A stretch of DNA of 64,000 bases from Phyllosticta citribraziliensis (taxonomy: Eukaryota): positions 1,178,001 through 1,242,000 of the forward strand of contig NW_027117349.1 in the NCBI RefSeq assembly GCF_038025025.1, in the 5' to 3' direction. Positions 11,861-22,933 of this stretch are shown one piece after another. Both the position numbers and the translations under genes were made by a program. Every line of letters begins with the position of its first letter. Position 1 is the stretch's first letter. A model generated the notes under the pieces. It was given only the letters and a program-made list of their open reading frames with translations, was not told where the DNA came from and made no database searches.

Positions 11861-13889
11861 TCACCGCTCAACAACGACTCTAACGCCAGACAGCCCGCTC
11901 AAGAGACTCTTCATGCCACCACCACCACCGCCGCCGCCGCCACTTCCGCTCTTTTCGTCCACGAACACCGCTGCTCTCTGTCCCTGTTCCTCGCCATTGA
12001 CACCAACACCGCCGCCCACCTCGCCCTTCTCACCCTCAAACCCATCCCCCTCATCCTCAGCACCAACAACACCGCCGACCACCCTCGCCAGCACCCTGAC
12101 GCCAACATCCTCCCTAACAACCCAATGCGCGCCCCCGTCAACCACAACCACGGCGCCGCCCTTGTGTCCAATGAACTCGGCCATGCCTTCCAGGCACAGC
12201 CGCCAGTCGAAGGCGACGTCGGCGCCGCCGACGACGATGGTGGCGGGCGCGCGCAGCAGGCCGCCTGCCGCGCCGCCGATGCCGCTGCCGCTCCCTGTGT
12301 CGAAGATGGAGCTGCCGACGCTGAGGCTGCTGCGGCGGCGTTGGGGGTGGTCGTGTTGCGGGTGGGGATGGTGGCCGCCGTTGCCGTTGCCGTTTTTGCC
12401 GCCGTGCGTTAGGGCGCCGAGGGCGGCGGCGGCGCTGGAGCGACGGCGGCGGGGCGTGGAGCCAGCGGAGGAGACGCTGCCGCCGCCGTTGGTCGTGCTG
12501 GTGGTGTCGATGGTCGGGAGCGAGGCGCGCGGGTTGAACGACGTCTGTGGCGAGTGCGACGTCTGCGGCGACACGGACGACGAGGGGTCCAGCGCCGACA
12601 GCGACAGGATGGTCTGCAGCGACTTGGTCCAGCGGGCGACGGCGAGTCCGTCGCGGTAGTAGGCTGTGGCGTGGAGCCAGGCGGCAGTGGTGGAGCGGGC
12701 GCGCGCGGCGACGGAGGGGGGGTAGGCCAGTGAGGGGGTGGTGGTGTCAGGGGGCGAGGGGTTAGCGTCCGACGTCGACGACGACGCGGCGGGCGGCGCG
12801 ACGCATTGCGAGGGGCTGGGGCCGAGGGAGCTGGCAAGCGCGTCGACGGCGTACGTCGGCTTCTGCGCGACGCTGGCGGAGAGGCCTTGCGCGGCAATGG
12901 CGTGCACGACGCCGAGGTACGTGGTGCCGGTCAGATAGCTGACGATGCGGATCAGCGGGACGGGGAGGCGGAACGCAAAGACGTAGCTCGACTTGCGGAT
13001 TTGGGAGAGGACGGGCTCGACGGTGCGAAAGGCGTTGCGCAGAAGCGTCAGGCGCAGAGGCTCCTTGGTCCAGGTGTGGAGCATGCGCTGCGACGATGCA
13101 AGGCGCGTCATGATGTTGTTGATTGCAAGGGGCACCTGAATCACCACAGTCAGCTTGATCCGTAGAGTACCAGAACGACCTCTCAGCCAGCAGGAGGACA
13201 TCTTACGATTGGCGCACTCGTCATGATGTAGTGGTCCGCGAGCTGAGGAGCCTCCGAGGCCAGTCGTGAAGCAACGACTGCGCCCCAGTCGTGCGAGACA
13301 ATGACGACCTGTCCTCTATCGTCGTCCTCTTCCTGGATACACCGCTCTCTCATACCCAGCACAAACGCCGTGACGGTTTCGAGCACATTGTCGGCGTTGT
13401 ACACGGGCAGACTGTCACTGCCGCCGTAGCCCGGCAGGTCCAGCGCAACATATACAGACTCCCTGTCCAGCTTCTGGCGCGTCAAGAACTCGCGCCACAG
13501 AACCCAGCTGTCAGGAAAGCCGTGGAGCAGAATGACCAGGTTGGGATTGTCTCCGGGGTTCCACGACGAGGCCACATAGTGCAGCTTGACGCCGGCGTCG
13601 GTGGTGAAAAAGGCATGTTGGAAATTGGGAACGGGAGAGGCAGACAGGTCCCAAAAGCGTCTTCTAGCTGGATTGAGCGTCAGCAATTGGCCAGGGGGAC
13701 ACCAGAAGTGGAGCTGAGGGGAGGGAGAGGGAGGTCAGACAGACCGGCAGCTAGATCCCTCTCCGCCTGCCTGCCCCGCCGGCGCAGCAGGGAACCGTCG
13801 AGCAGGGCAAACCACAGCCATCGCAGGGCCGCCAGCACGCCGTAGCAGAAGCCCAAGGCCCGCAATGCGAGCTCCAATCGCGAGTCCAT
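11861..13889 (-). CDS. Alpha/beta-fold hydrolase of epoxide-hydrolase type with an N-terminal hydrophobic segment; 3 exons
   Basis: LLHGFPDSW oxyanion motif, DLPGYGGSD, nucleophile motif SHDWGA, candidate catalytic His in GGAHWV. Introns near 13669-13744 and 13137-13206. Confidence 0.82.
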
Positions 13890-14631
13890 GGCTGGGTCAA
13901 TTGATAGAGAGAGATGCTTGGGAAGGGAGGAATTGGGTCAGTCGGTCCCAAAGGTCGGGGTTGCTGGCGAGCATCCGGACTGCTGGATTCGGTGCAAAGT
14001 TAAGTAAGCGCAGCCGCGTGGAGGCAGGGCCGGCGAGGAATTGGATCATCAGAGATGCAACTCGCCATTCCCGGGGCAAGATGAGGGACGCACGGGCCTG
14101 GTGGATGGTGAGGTATGGATGGGGACCGACGAACTGAGGTTTGGCTCGATGCAAGGTGAGAGCTCCAGCTGAAGCTGTCCTGTCCTGTCGCTGTGCCCCG
14201 CTCGCGGCCTCTTTGTGACCATCTGATACAGATCGCCGCTGCTGTGCCCTCACATGACTGGACGAGACATCACCCACAACCTGCTTTTCGCCATCACCTA
14301 TCTCGCATGCCTACGGCTCCCGTTGCCGCTGCAGGGCCACGCATCACCGTTGCACTCGTCAGCCGCATCTCCCAGAAGTGTACATGATGCGCCCATCTTC
14401 TTTGCATGTCATGATGCCTCAAGCGCTCAATGATACAGTACACCAAAGCCATACAACATAACTAGGTACACTGACTGTGCAGTCTGGAGGAGAGCAGGGA
14501 TATATATCGTCATGCTGGAAATCATAAACAGCTGGGAAATCGACGCTTCAGCAACAGACAGCAAACATTACAAGGGGCGCCAATAAGCGCAACGAAAAGA
14601 TCCGCCCCACAGACATCCCACAGCGACCCCT

Positions 14632-17343
14632 TCAAGGCCGTTGCAAAGGGCTCAAGACAGTTTCTTCCTTGTCATCTCCCTTCGATTGCTCGCCGATGGA
14701 CTGTGCAACTTTGGTGTTTTCGAAATCTGGTACCTGCAGAGCTGGCTTGCTCTGCTCTTTGCTTATCTCCGTCTCTGAATCCGCCGTGATGGCTGGAGGC
14801 CGCGGGGCCAATTGCGCTGGCTGGATTGGCGTGGCACTCTTCTGCTGCCCTTCCTTTTCCTTCGTTTCAACCTCCGTCTCTTGTGACACTTCAGCAGTTG
14901 AATCGGCAGGCGGGCTCGCCATTTCCTCTGTCGTCGAAACCGAGTGCTCAGGAAGTTGGCGCAAGGGCGCCGAGTTTGGCGATGTAGCGCTTTGCTTGAG
15001 GTGTTCGAGCTCGAGTAGCGAGAGCCTCCGGAGCTGTTCGAGTCTCTCCTGGGGATCCTTTTCGCGGAAACCGCCTTGGTCAGCCTCTCTTCAGAATTGG
15101 ACAATCTCTTCAACTTTGCTACAAGACAAAGCACCCTTGGACGAATTTTCTTCCAGTCCATGCTTCTGCTCCCCCTTTTCAACCAACGGCACTGGCGCAA
15201 GATGAGACGGCAAAGGCGACAAAGCAACAGAGGGGGACGCGGCCGAACCGGTCGTTCTAGCAGATGCATGCGAAACGGACGACGAAGGCGCAAACGTGCG
15301 ACGAAGCTCGGTGCGCGAGCCGCGGAAAGACTCAGAGCGATCAGAGGAAAACCCGCATCGGGGACATACCCATTCTGCCTGATTTGGCACTCCTTCAGCA
15401 GGCGGCAAGTCACCCGCTTGATCCCTCTCCCCTCCCCAAAACGTCGGACGACGAACTGCTGCCGGTGTCACTGGTAGACTCGGTCTTTCCACAGCACTTG
15501 GAAAGTCAGTCAGTATGAGGCTCTCGCGACGGCCGCCAGGTCTGACACCAATCGGCGACATGATTTCGGGAGGTTGCCCAAGCCCAGCGAGTGAGATGCT
15601 TGTAGGTTTCGACCGTCTTCCCTGGGTCCCCATCACGGATCGGACGTATTTGTCAATACCAGGCACGCTGTCCCACGCATTCAGATTCTGCCCAAATGCT
15701 TGCCAGGGATCTTCGACCAGTGGTGGGGATCCCGACGATGAAGACGAGTGCTCTGGACTCTGCACATTGGCGAGACCCTTTGAAAACTCTTGCTCTTCTG
15801 CTTGCGCACCCGGCGACGCCTGCGGAGGAAGAGAGTCTTCCACAAAAACACGACTAGGCTTGGGTCTCTCGCGCTCCTGCTCCCACGGGAAAATTGGCTT
15901 GGGCACATCTTGCGTCTTCGGCTTGGACTTTGGCAGCTCATAATACATGTCCCTTGGTGGTTCGGGGTATGAGACCGGCGGTTGAAACAACTCCCTGTTC
16001 TCGCTGAATGTGTATGTTTCAGACGGCAGGTTGGCAGCTTCGGGTTTGGATGTGGCTGGAGGAGCAGATCTAATTTGATTAGCAGTGTCTCCGCTCGCGA
16101 CTTTCTCGACCTACCTTGTCGCGTCCCATTCGACATGGGGTGCCGAAAATGGCGGTTGTGGAGGAGGCTCTGGGTAAGTGATGGTTTCTGCAAGGTCCCC
16201 CGCATCAGTAAAAGGAATTTCAGTCGTCGGACGCGTCTCCCCCGTTTCAGGAACAGGTTGAGGGTGTGCCGGACCTGGAGCTCCCAAGTCGCCAGTCCGC
16301 ACTGCTTCAGCCTGCACGTTGCGCTGAATCAGGTTTGGAGCTTGCAGGGCTTGAGTGGGATCAAACTGCGGAGTCTAGAGATGGTCAGATGCAACCAATT
16401 CATGCTGCGAGCTTTGCAAACCTTTGCCTGGAGGTGCTTGTCGTAGACAGCCCACCATCTCGCCAGCAACTCGTTATAAACCCCAGGACCTCCACCCTGG
16501 CGGGTATCTCTTGTCCAAGGCTTACTCTGCCCAATGAAGTGTACCATCTTGATGTTACTCTTGTAATGCCGATATGCCGGTTCCCATTGATACTGCGCGT
16601 TTGGCGTGCAGTTGTAGGTGAAGCTCAGCCTGTGCCAATCCTTGTGCTCGTAGTATTGGTTGAGGAGACCCTGATCTGCGCCATCGAAGCTGTCTCCGCT
16701 CGACGCCAAAGTTTTCAGGGCCCAGTAGTCGCCCATGTTGGGGCTAATGACCATAACACCGGTGTTGAAAGCATCAGGCCAACCCACATCTGGAGCAGCG
16801 GCAAAGGGAGCGTCATTGGCGAACAGTTCGTCCGGAGCGCGAAGAGCTACTACGTCTGCGTCAATGTAGACAATTTTTCGAAATTGCAGCTGTCTCCACA
16901 AGGCGATTTTGGTAAAAGTATAGGCAAGGTCGCCGCGGTTCATGAGATACAGGTTGGCGGGCTTCGGGGTGCCAATGCGCTCGACTGGTATCAAGTAGTC
17001 GTAGAGTTCCTGGTGCATGTAAGCAGACGGGTTGAAAAAGGTGGCGCGGGGTCTCGTACCTTGAGTTCACCCACCGTGTCGGCGGCAAGGGTGTCAAGGG
17101 TGACGAGAGCGGCGAGTTTCTTCTTGGTGCCAGCATCGCGAAGGGAATGCGCCAGTACAGCAGCACCTGAGATGATGTTAGTGGTGGAGAGTGGCAAGGA
17201 CCACATCGGAGGCGTCGGTGGTACCTGGGAGGTATGAGTCGCTCATGACGAGCTTGAGAGCGGTTAGCGTCGAGGAACAGCGACATTGCGAGGGACAATT
17301 GACTTGCCGTCACGTAGGCATCTTCTTGAGCGGTAGCCATCAT
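14632..17343 (-). CDS. GLG1: Glycogenin (GT8) with the long fungal C-terminal extension; multi-exon, first intron GC-AG
   Basis: EDAYVTLVMSDSYLPGAAVLAHSLR, TFTKIALW, KIVYIDAD (DxD), PDVGWPDAFNTGV, SFDGADQGLLN, HFIGQSKPW; C-terminal PKPIFPWE, NAWD, RRESLILTDFPSAVERPSLPVTP. Confidence 0.9.
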
Positions 17344-18004
17344 GTCTGCAGCTCATTCGGCTTGGCTGGAGGTGAGCTAGGAGACTTGGGAAATAGTGGT
17401 GGAAGTGGAGGAGAGAGAGAGCGAGAGAGAGATTCCCCGCTGCTGATCGTCCCTTGTTCGATGGTACTAGGACCAGGGCCGGGACGTGGATGGGAGCGGA
17501 GAATCTGGGGACCAGAGGTGATCACGAGGCGTCACTGCGGCGGCGACATGCTTACGCGGGCGACGGGCTGCCTTGGAACAGGAAGTGAGCGACAGAGAGG
17601 TGCAGAAGCGGCGGAGCTGTGCCGTTGTTGATTGACTTGACCTGACTTGGTTGACATGCAACGAGGGAACCATCTCAAGGACCGACGGGAGCTTGGGCCC
17701 ACCCATGATGCAACACAACCACGGCGCCATTCCTCGACTCACTCGACTCGACTCGACACCACCCTTCCTCTCATCCTCTCCTCTCCGCTGCCTCGCCATT
17801 GCTTCTCCCACCTTCGTCGTCCTCGCCGCATCAATGCTTCATCCCAGCCCTCACGCCACTCTCAACGGTCATCCGACCCCGCCCTCGGCGCTTAATTAAT
17901 TTCAGCGTGCAGCTTCTCATCCCAGACAACCCCAATCCTTGCCCTGGACCCTGAAAAATCCGTTTCACACCAATGGCTGCTCGAGCTTGCCATGCACCAC
18001 TCAT

Positions 18005-19000
18005 TTACCACACAAAGGGCACCATGCACGCCCGCTTGCCTACAGCTTGCTTGCCAAACTTGGCCTCGTACCATTCTCTCGTCCCCACTGCCGTGACGCC
18101 CAGGTTGGCGGCCACAAAAATCAATGCGCACAATATCGTCTTGTTGATCCACTGGCCCTCTGGGGCTGCGACAATGGCCAGCCCGAAATAAAGGACACAT
18201 TCAAACGAATAATGCGGACACACGACAAGGTCAAAGGCGCCGTCGGTGGGCAATGTGTACTTTTTCAGACTGGCCAAGTACGCGTGTGCGCGGTGTTGCT
18301 GCACCGAGGCCCAGTGAAACAGCGCAGTGCCGACGAGGGCTCGAGGGTCGAGAAACACGTCCAAGCCAGGCGTCGAGACATGGTTGGCCTGCAGCGTCTG
18401 TGAGGCTTCGATCCAAACGGCGACGGACATGGCGGCGTAGAAGAAGAGGCCCAGCAGCCAGTGCGTCACCCACATGGACGACGACGACGACGACGACGGC
18501 TTGGAGATGCAGGTGGACTCGAAAAGGCGGCGTAGACCTTGTGCCAGCATGAGCAGCCAGGCCAGGTGGAGTCTGGCCAATGGGAGCTGGGCGGCGCGTG
18601 GGTCGGCTGCGGCATTGTCGAGGACCAGACGCAGGACGGGCCCGTGGAAAAAGTACTGCTGGGCCCAGAAGAGGGAGCACAGGACGGACAGGAGGTAAAA
18701 GTGGTTGAACCAGCGGTGGGGGACGCGATAGGTGGCTAGGCGGTCGAGCACAGGCGCAAGCGGAGAGGCAGAGGCCGGACGGGGCGTAGTGGCGCGGGAG
18801 CCATATGCCAGGAACCGGTCTCGCAAGGCCGGGATGGCGTAGACGGCGACAACCTCGGGCGGGCAGGGGAGTCAGCGCGAGGGTGAGGGCGAGAAGACGT
18901 GGGTTGGAGTTACGATTGAAGCTGCGGTGAGAAATAAGGATCGGAGGAGCAGCAGTGGCTCCAGGCGGGCCAAAATCGGGGCCCGAGTGGCGAGCGTCAT
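18005..19000 (-). CDS. DFG10: Polyprenol reductase of the steroid 5-alpha-reductase family (Dfg10-like); 2 exons
   Basis: FLAYGSR, VPHRWFNHFY, QGLRRLFES, MWVTHWLLGLFFY, QHRAHAYLASLKKYTLP, VVCPHY, NLGVTA..WYEAKFG..MVPFVW. First exon starts at ATG 19000; the acceptor is an atypical GAG. Confidence 0.82.
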
Positions 19001-19927
19001 GTCGTCGTGGGTGGGTGCAGAGGCGTTTCAAAGGGCCATCAAGGCAAGCAAAATGGCGCAAGTGAAGATAACGACGATGATGTAGGTAACGAGAGAATGG
19101 AAGGGAGCTGAGGTGTTCGGACAGCGGGCCGGGGAGGCCTTGCGGGAAGCGGGCGTGGTGTTGGTGAGGTGGTCTGTCACTGTCAGGGAGGTCAGGTCAG
19201 GTCAGGTCAGGGGCTGCCAGCCAGACGACGCAGGGCAGCAGGGTACGACAAGATGATAGGGAATAGAAGTCTGATGGTTGATGGTTCAAGATTGTATTGT
19301 ATGTAGTTATGTATTCACGAGTTGTTCGTCGCGTCAGGCCCGGGCGAAGAGTGTGAGGTGTGCCTGTGGCCCGCCCGGGGCGCCCCTCAGGCCGGCAAGC
19401 CAATGGCGGCGGGCAGCCAGTCACATCTTGCTGCAGACCTGACCACGGGCAGACCAGACCAGACCTGACCGACCAGCGGAGAGCATTGACTCCGCCTCTC
19501 GGTCGCTCCTTCCCACGTCGCTCGTCGCTCGCCAAACACTCCCAGCCCAGTCCCCGTCTCGCCTCCGTCCCTACTCTCGCTCCCGTCTACCTATCCATCC
19601 TCTCACTCCTCCACCTCCTCACACTCACCACCACGTCCACCACCCACCACCCACCACCCACCACCCACCCCATCAATCCCACCACCCCCCACAGCCTCTG
19701 CCACACCCTTTCGACGCCACTCGACCCTGCTTGGCCCTCACTCGTCTCCCCGTTCGCCGTCCCCTCGTCCCGCCGTGGCTCGACCCGCCCTTCTCGCTCC
19801 CGTCTCTCTCCACCACAACCTCGACGCGCACCGGTCTGCAGACCAGCTGGCGCCCCATCTTCCTAGTCGTCCCTCCGTCCCCTCCCAGCATGAGGCAGGC
19901 ACCCTCTGGCAATCGACCAAGACCGTG

Positions 19928-22900
19928 ATGAGCAGTAGCGCTGCTGTTGCCGACCACTTGCCGCCGCCCAATCCATCTGGCAACCGAGAGCCGCAGTCGC
20001 TGCACCCGTCCCTCCATCGCAGCAAATCGCCACACGTCCCCTCGTCGCCCCCGCTAACCGACCGACCCCTCAAGAATGGTGACCATGGGACCGAGGCAAA
20101 CGAATCAGAGGCGGAGACGGTCATTCTATCAGGTCCAGAAAAAGACGAGGCGGCGAGGCCCAAGAAGATGAACAAACTCGACTCCAACGACCAAAACAAG
20201 CCGTCCAAAGACGACTCGAAGCCTGCTGACGTCCGCCCTCCGCCTCCGGTGCAGGCGCCTGCATCCAACGGCCTCCAGCCCGCAAATCGCAATGGTCCGG
20301 AGCGCCTCCAAGACTCGCTCGAAAAGACATCTCCCCACTCAGGCCGCAAGGCATCCTCCTCCTCTTGCGAACACGACCATCCTTCCGGAAAATGCACTCA
20401 CAGCTCGGCTTCGTCCTCTGCTCGGACGCGCTCCCACTCTCCCCCAGCACGCGACAACCGCGCGCGAAGCTCCTCAATTGCCGATTCGCGAAAGCGCAAA
20501 TTGCGAGAAAAGGAAAACGATCTCGAGCCACCACGGCAAAGACACAAGACCGAAGGTCCCGGCAAAAGTTCGCGGACACCGGCGTCACCTCTTGCTGCCG
20601 GCGTCAAATTCCACAAGCGATCGGCCTCTACTCAGTCTTCTGTGCGAGGCGGCTCTGGTCCAAAACGGCGCGAAAACGCACGACACGAAAAGGACTGGGC
20701 ATCCGACGACAGCGAGGAATCAAACAATTCTTCTCCACATCCACAAAACATCCCCTCGCTAAACAGACCAAAGCGATTAGCACAGCGGTCAATGACATCC
20801 CCGGTCCGCGCCATTGCTCCCGCCAAGAGAAAGGACGCATTCGGAGCCACTCGCCTGTTGCGCTCTTGTGAAAAGGGCGATTTCGAGGCTGTACGCAAGG
20901 CATTCGCTGCGGCCCCCGAAGAACTGGACGCTCCCGACTACGCTGGCGTGACACCGCTCCAAAAAGCAGCGCTCAATGGGCACGAGGACATTGTCGAATT
21001 CTTGCTGGACAAGGGCTGCGCGACCGACGGTCACGACTGGTTGGACAATGACACCCCTCTCATTGACGCGACACAGAATGCTCATCTCGAAGTGGTCAAG
21101 CTGCTCTTGTGGAAAGCCCGGGTGGACCCGCTCTATGAGAATAAGCATTTCAAAACGGCACTCCAGCTTTTGGATCCGACGATTGATGAGGCTGATGAGA
21201 TTCGCATCGAACTGGAAAAGGCGGCAGCAGAGTGGAGAAAGGAAAAGAAGGAGCGGTCAGAGGATGAAAGCGAAGGCAAGACTCCAAGGAGTGTCGAGGA
21301 GTCTGTCGTCCCTACCCTGCTCCCCAACGAATACAATGCCGAGGTCCTACGAATCAAATCCGAACAAGGCGACAAGCGCGCCGTGGACGAGCTTCTCGCT
21401 TCTGGAGTCATGCCCAATGTTGCCTGCGGGGTTGCGGCTGCGCGAGGGGGACACGACGAGATTCTGAGCTTTCTCCTCGCTACCGGACTTTCAGCTGACC
21501 ACAGAGACCCCGCAAAACACAACGAGACCCCCATGCTCGTCGCCATCCGCAAGGGCCACTTGAACGTCATCAAGCTCTTGTTGGCACAGGACGACTTTGA
21601 TCCATCGCGGAGAAACAGAGACGGCCTCACCTACTGGGAATACGCACGAGACTACGAAGGTCCAAATTGGAAAGAGGTCCAGCGCGTGCTCAAGGCAAAG
21701 TACGACGAAGTAATGATGACTAGATCATCTTCAAAGCGTCTCCGCAGCCCAGAAATGCGTCGCACTGACCAGAAGAGCCCGCGAAGGAGCAAGCACCATG
21801 TCGAACCAGAAGGCCTCAGACGGACGCGGGACAGGGAACCCCGCCCACGACATCCGGACAAGAGGGCCAAAGATGATTTGGAAAGCCACAAACCCAAGAA
21901 GCGTTTGATTTCGAGAAGAGAACTGAATCGCCAGTCGACTCGCGAAAGTTCTTCTCCCGACGCGTCGGATGAGGACGAGGATGAAATTCGCGGTCCTAGC
22001 AGAAGCGTCAGGAGAAAGACGACGCACCATTCAAAAACAATCCGCAGCTCCCCTCCGCCGTCGTCTCCCATCGACACCAAGTCCGAGCCTAGTCCTGAAC
22101 CAATGAAGACGGAGCCGGAGCCCGAGCCAGAACCCGTCAAGGAAGAAACGCCAGAACATGTCAGGGAGGAGAGAAGGATGGAGGCAGAGCGAGCGGCTGC
22201 TGAAAAGGCACGCAAGGAAGCTGAAGAGGCGGCAGAAAGAGCTCGACTCGAGGCAGAACAGCGTGAGCGCGAACGTCTGGAAAGGATAGCCAAACTCCCT
22301 CGGTCTCTGCGAAGGGCATGTGAGAAGGGAGCAGACCGGCCCTTGCGCTTCAACTTGGCCACCAAGGAAGGCGGCATCGAGTACAATTTCCTACCCGTTC
22401 ACGTCGCGAAGCGATCCGACCTCGAGCCCATGTGTCCGGAGACTCAACGAGAACAACTCTGGATGCTCAGCTTTCAAGCAGTAGGTATCCTCGGCTTGTC
22501 TGAACTCGACTTTACCGCCGACTTTCCGACATGGGAGCGCAAGGACGTGACGACAAGCCAGCGCCACGCATATCTCGAGACGTACGACATTTCCCAGCTT
22601 TCAGAGGACCCGCTGTTTGAACGCCAAGACTGGCCCGGCTATGATCCAGAAGTGCAGCAAGCCATGAAGCAAGAAGACAAGTTCAAGTTCTTGGCCATGG
22701 ACCCGCTGTACTGGATTCGCTACGACGATTTCATCGAGGCGACCAAGTTGCCAAAGTTTACGCATCTCGCGCCGCTCGACATGCGCACGGCCAAGGCCAA
22801 GGTCACGACGACGACGGAAACGCCGCCTCCGACGCCCAAGAGCTGGAGCGAGGCACTGTTTGGCATCAAGCCGGGGCCGGACTTTGAGCGCCGGAGCCTG

Positions 22901-22933
22901 AGCCGCTCGGCGTCGGTCAGCGCTGCTTGCTAG
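19928..22933 (+). CDS. Ankyrin-repeat protein resembling filamentous-fungal Hos4 (Set3 complex subunit)
   Basis: Single long ORF. Ankyrin repeats GATRLLRSCEKGD, GVTPLQKAALNGHEDIV, DTPLIDATQNAHLEVV, AAARGGHDEIL, ETPMLVAIRKGHLNVI lie between basic/disordered regions, followed by a coiled coil. Hos4 orthology is inferred from architecture only. Confidence 0.7.
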   Translation: MSSSAAVADHLPPPNPSGNREPQSLHPSLHRSKSPHVPSSPPLTDRPLKNGDHGTEANESEAETVILSGPEKDEAARPKKMNKLDSNDQNKPSKDDSKPADVRPPPPVQAPASNGLQPANRNGPERLQDSLEKTSPHSGRKASSSSCEHDHPSGKCTHSSASSSARTRSHSPPARDNRARSSSIADSRKRKLREKENDLEPPRQRHKTEGPGKSSRTPASPLAAGVKFHKRSASTQSSVRGGSGPKRRENARHEKDWASDDSEESNNSSPHPQNIPSLNRPKRLAQRSMTSPVRAIAPAKRKDAFGATRLLRSCEKGDFEAVRKAFAAAPEELDAPDYAGVTPLQKAALNGHEDIVEFLLDKGCATDGHDWLDNDTPLIDATQNAHLEVVKLLLWKARVDPLYENKHFKTALQLLDPTIDEADEIRIELEKAAAEWRKEKKERSEDESEGKTPRSVEESVVPTLLPNEYNAEVLRIKSEQGDKRAVDELLASGVMPNVACGVAAARGGHDEILSFLLATGLSADHRDPAKHNETPMLVAIRKGHLNVIKLLLAQDDFDPSRRNRDGLTYWEYARDYEGPNWKEVQRVLKAKYDEVMMTRSSSKRLRSPEMRRTDQKSPRRSKHHVEPEGLRRTRDREPRPRHPDKRAKDDLESHKPKKRLISRRELNRQSTRESSSPDASDEDEDEIRGPSRSVRRKTTHHSKTIRSSPPPSSPIDTKSEPSPEPMKTEPEPEPEPVKEETPEHVREERRMEAERAAAEKARKEAEEAAERARLEAEQRERERLERIAKLPRSLRRACEKGADRPLRFNLATKEGGIEYNFLPVHVAKRSDLEPMCPETQREQLWMLSFQAVGILGLSELDFTADFPTWERKDVTTSQRHAYLETYDISQLSEDPLFERQDWPGYDPEVQQAMKQEDKFKFLAMDPLYWIRYDDFIEATKLPKFTHLAPLDMRTAKAKVTTTTETPPPTPKSWSEALFGIKPGPDFERRSLSRSASVSAAC

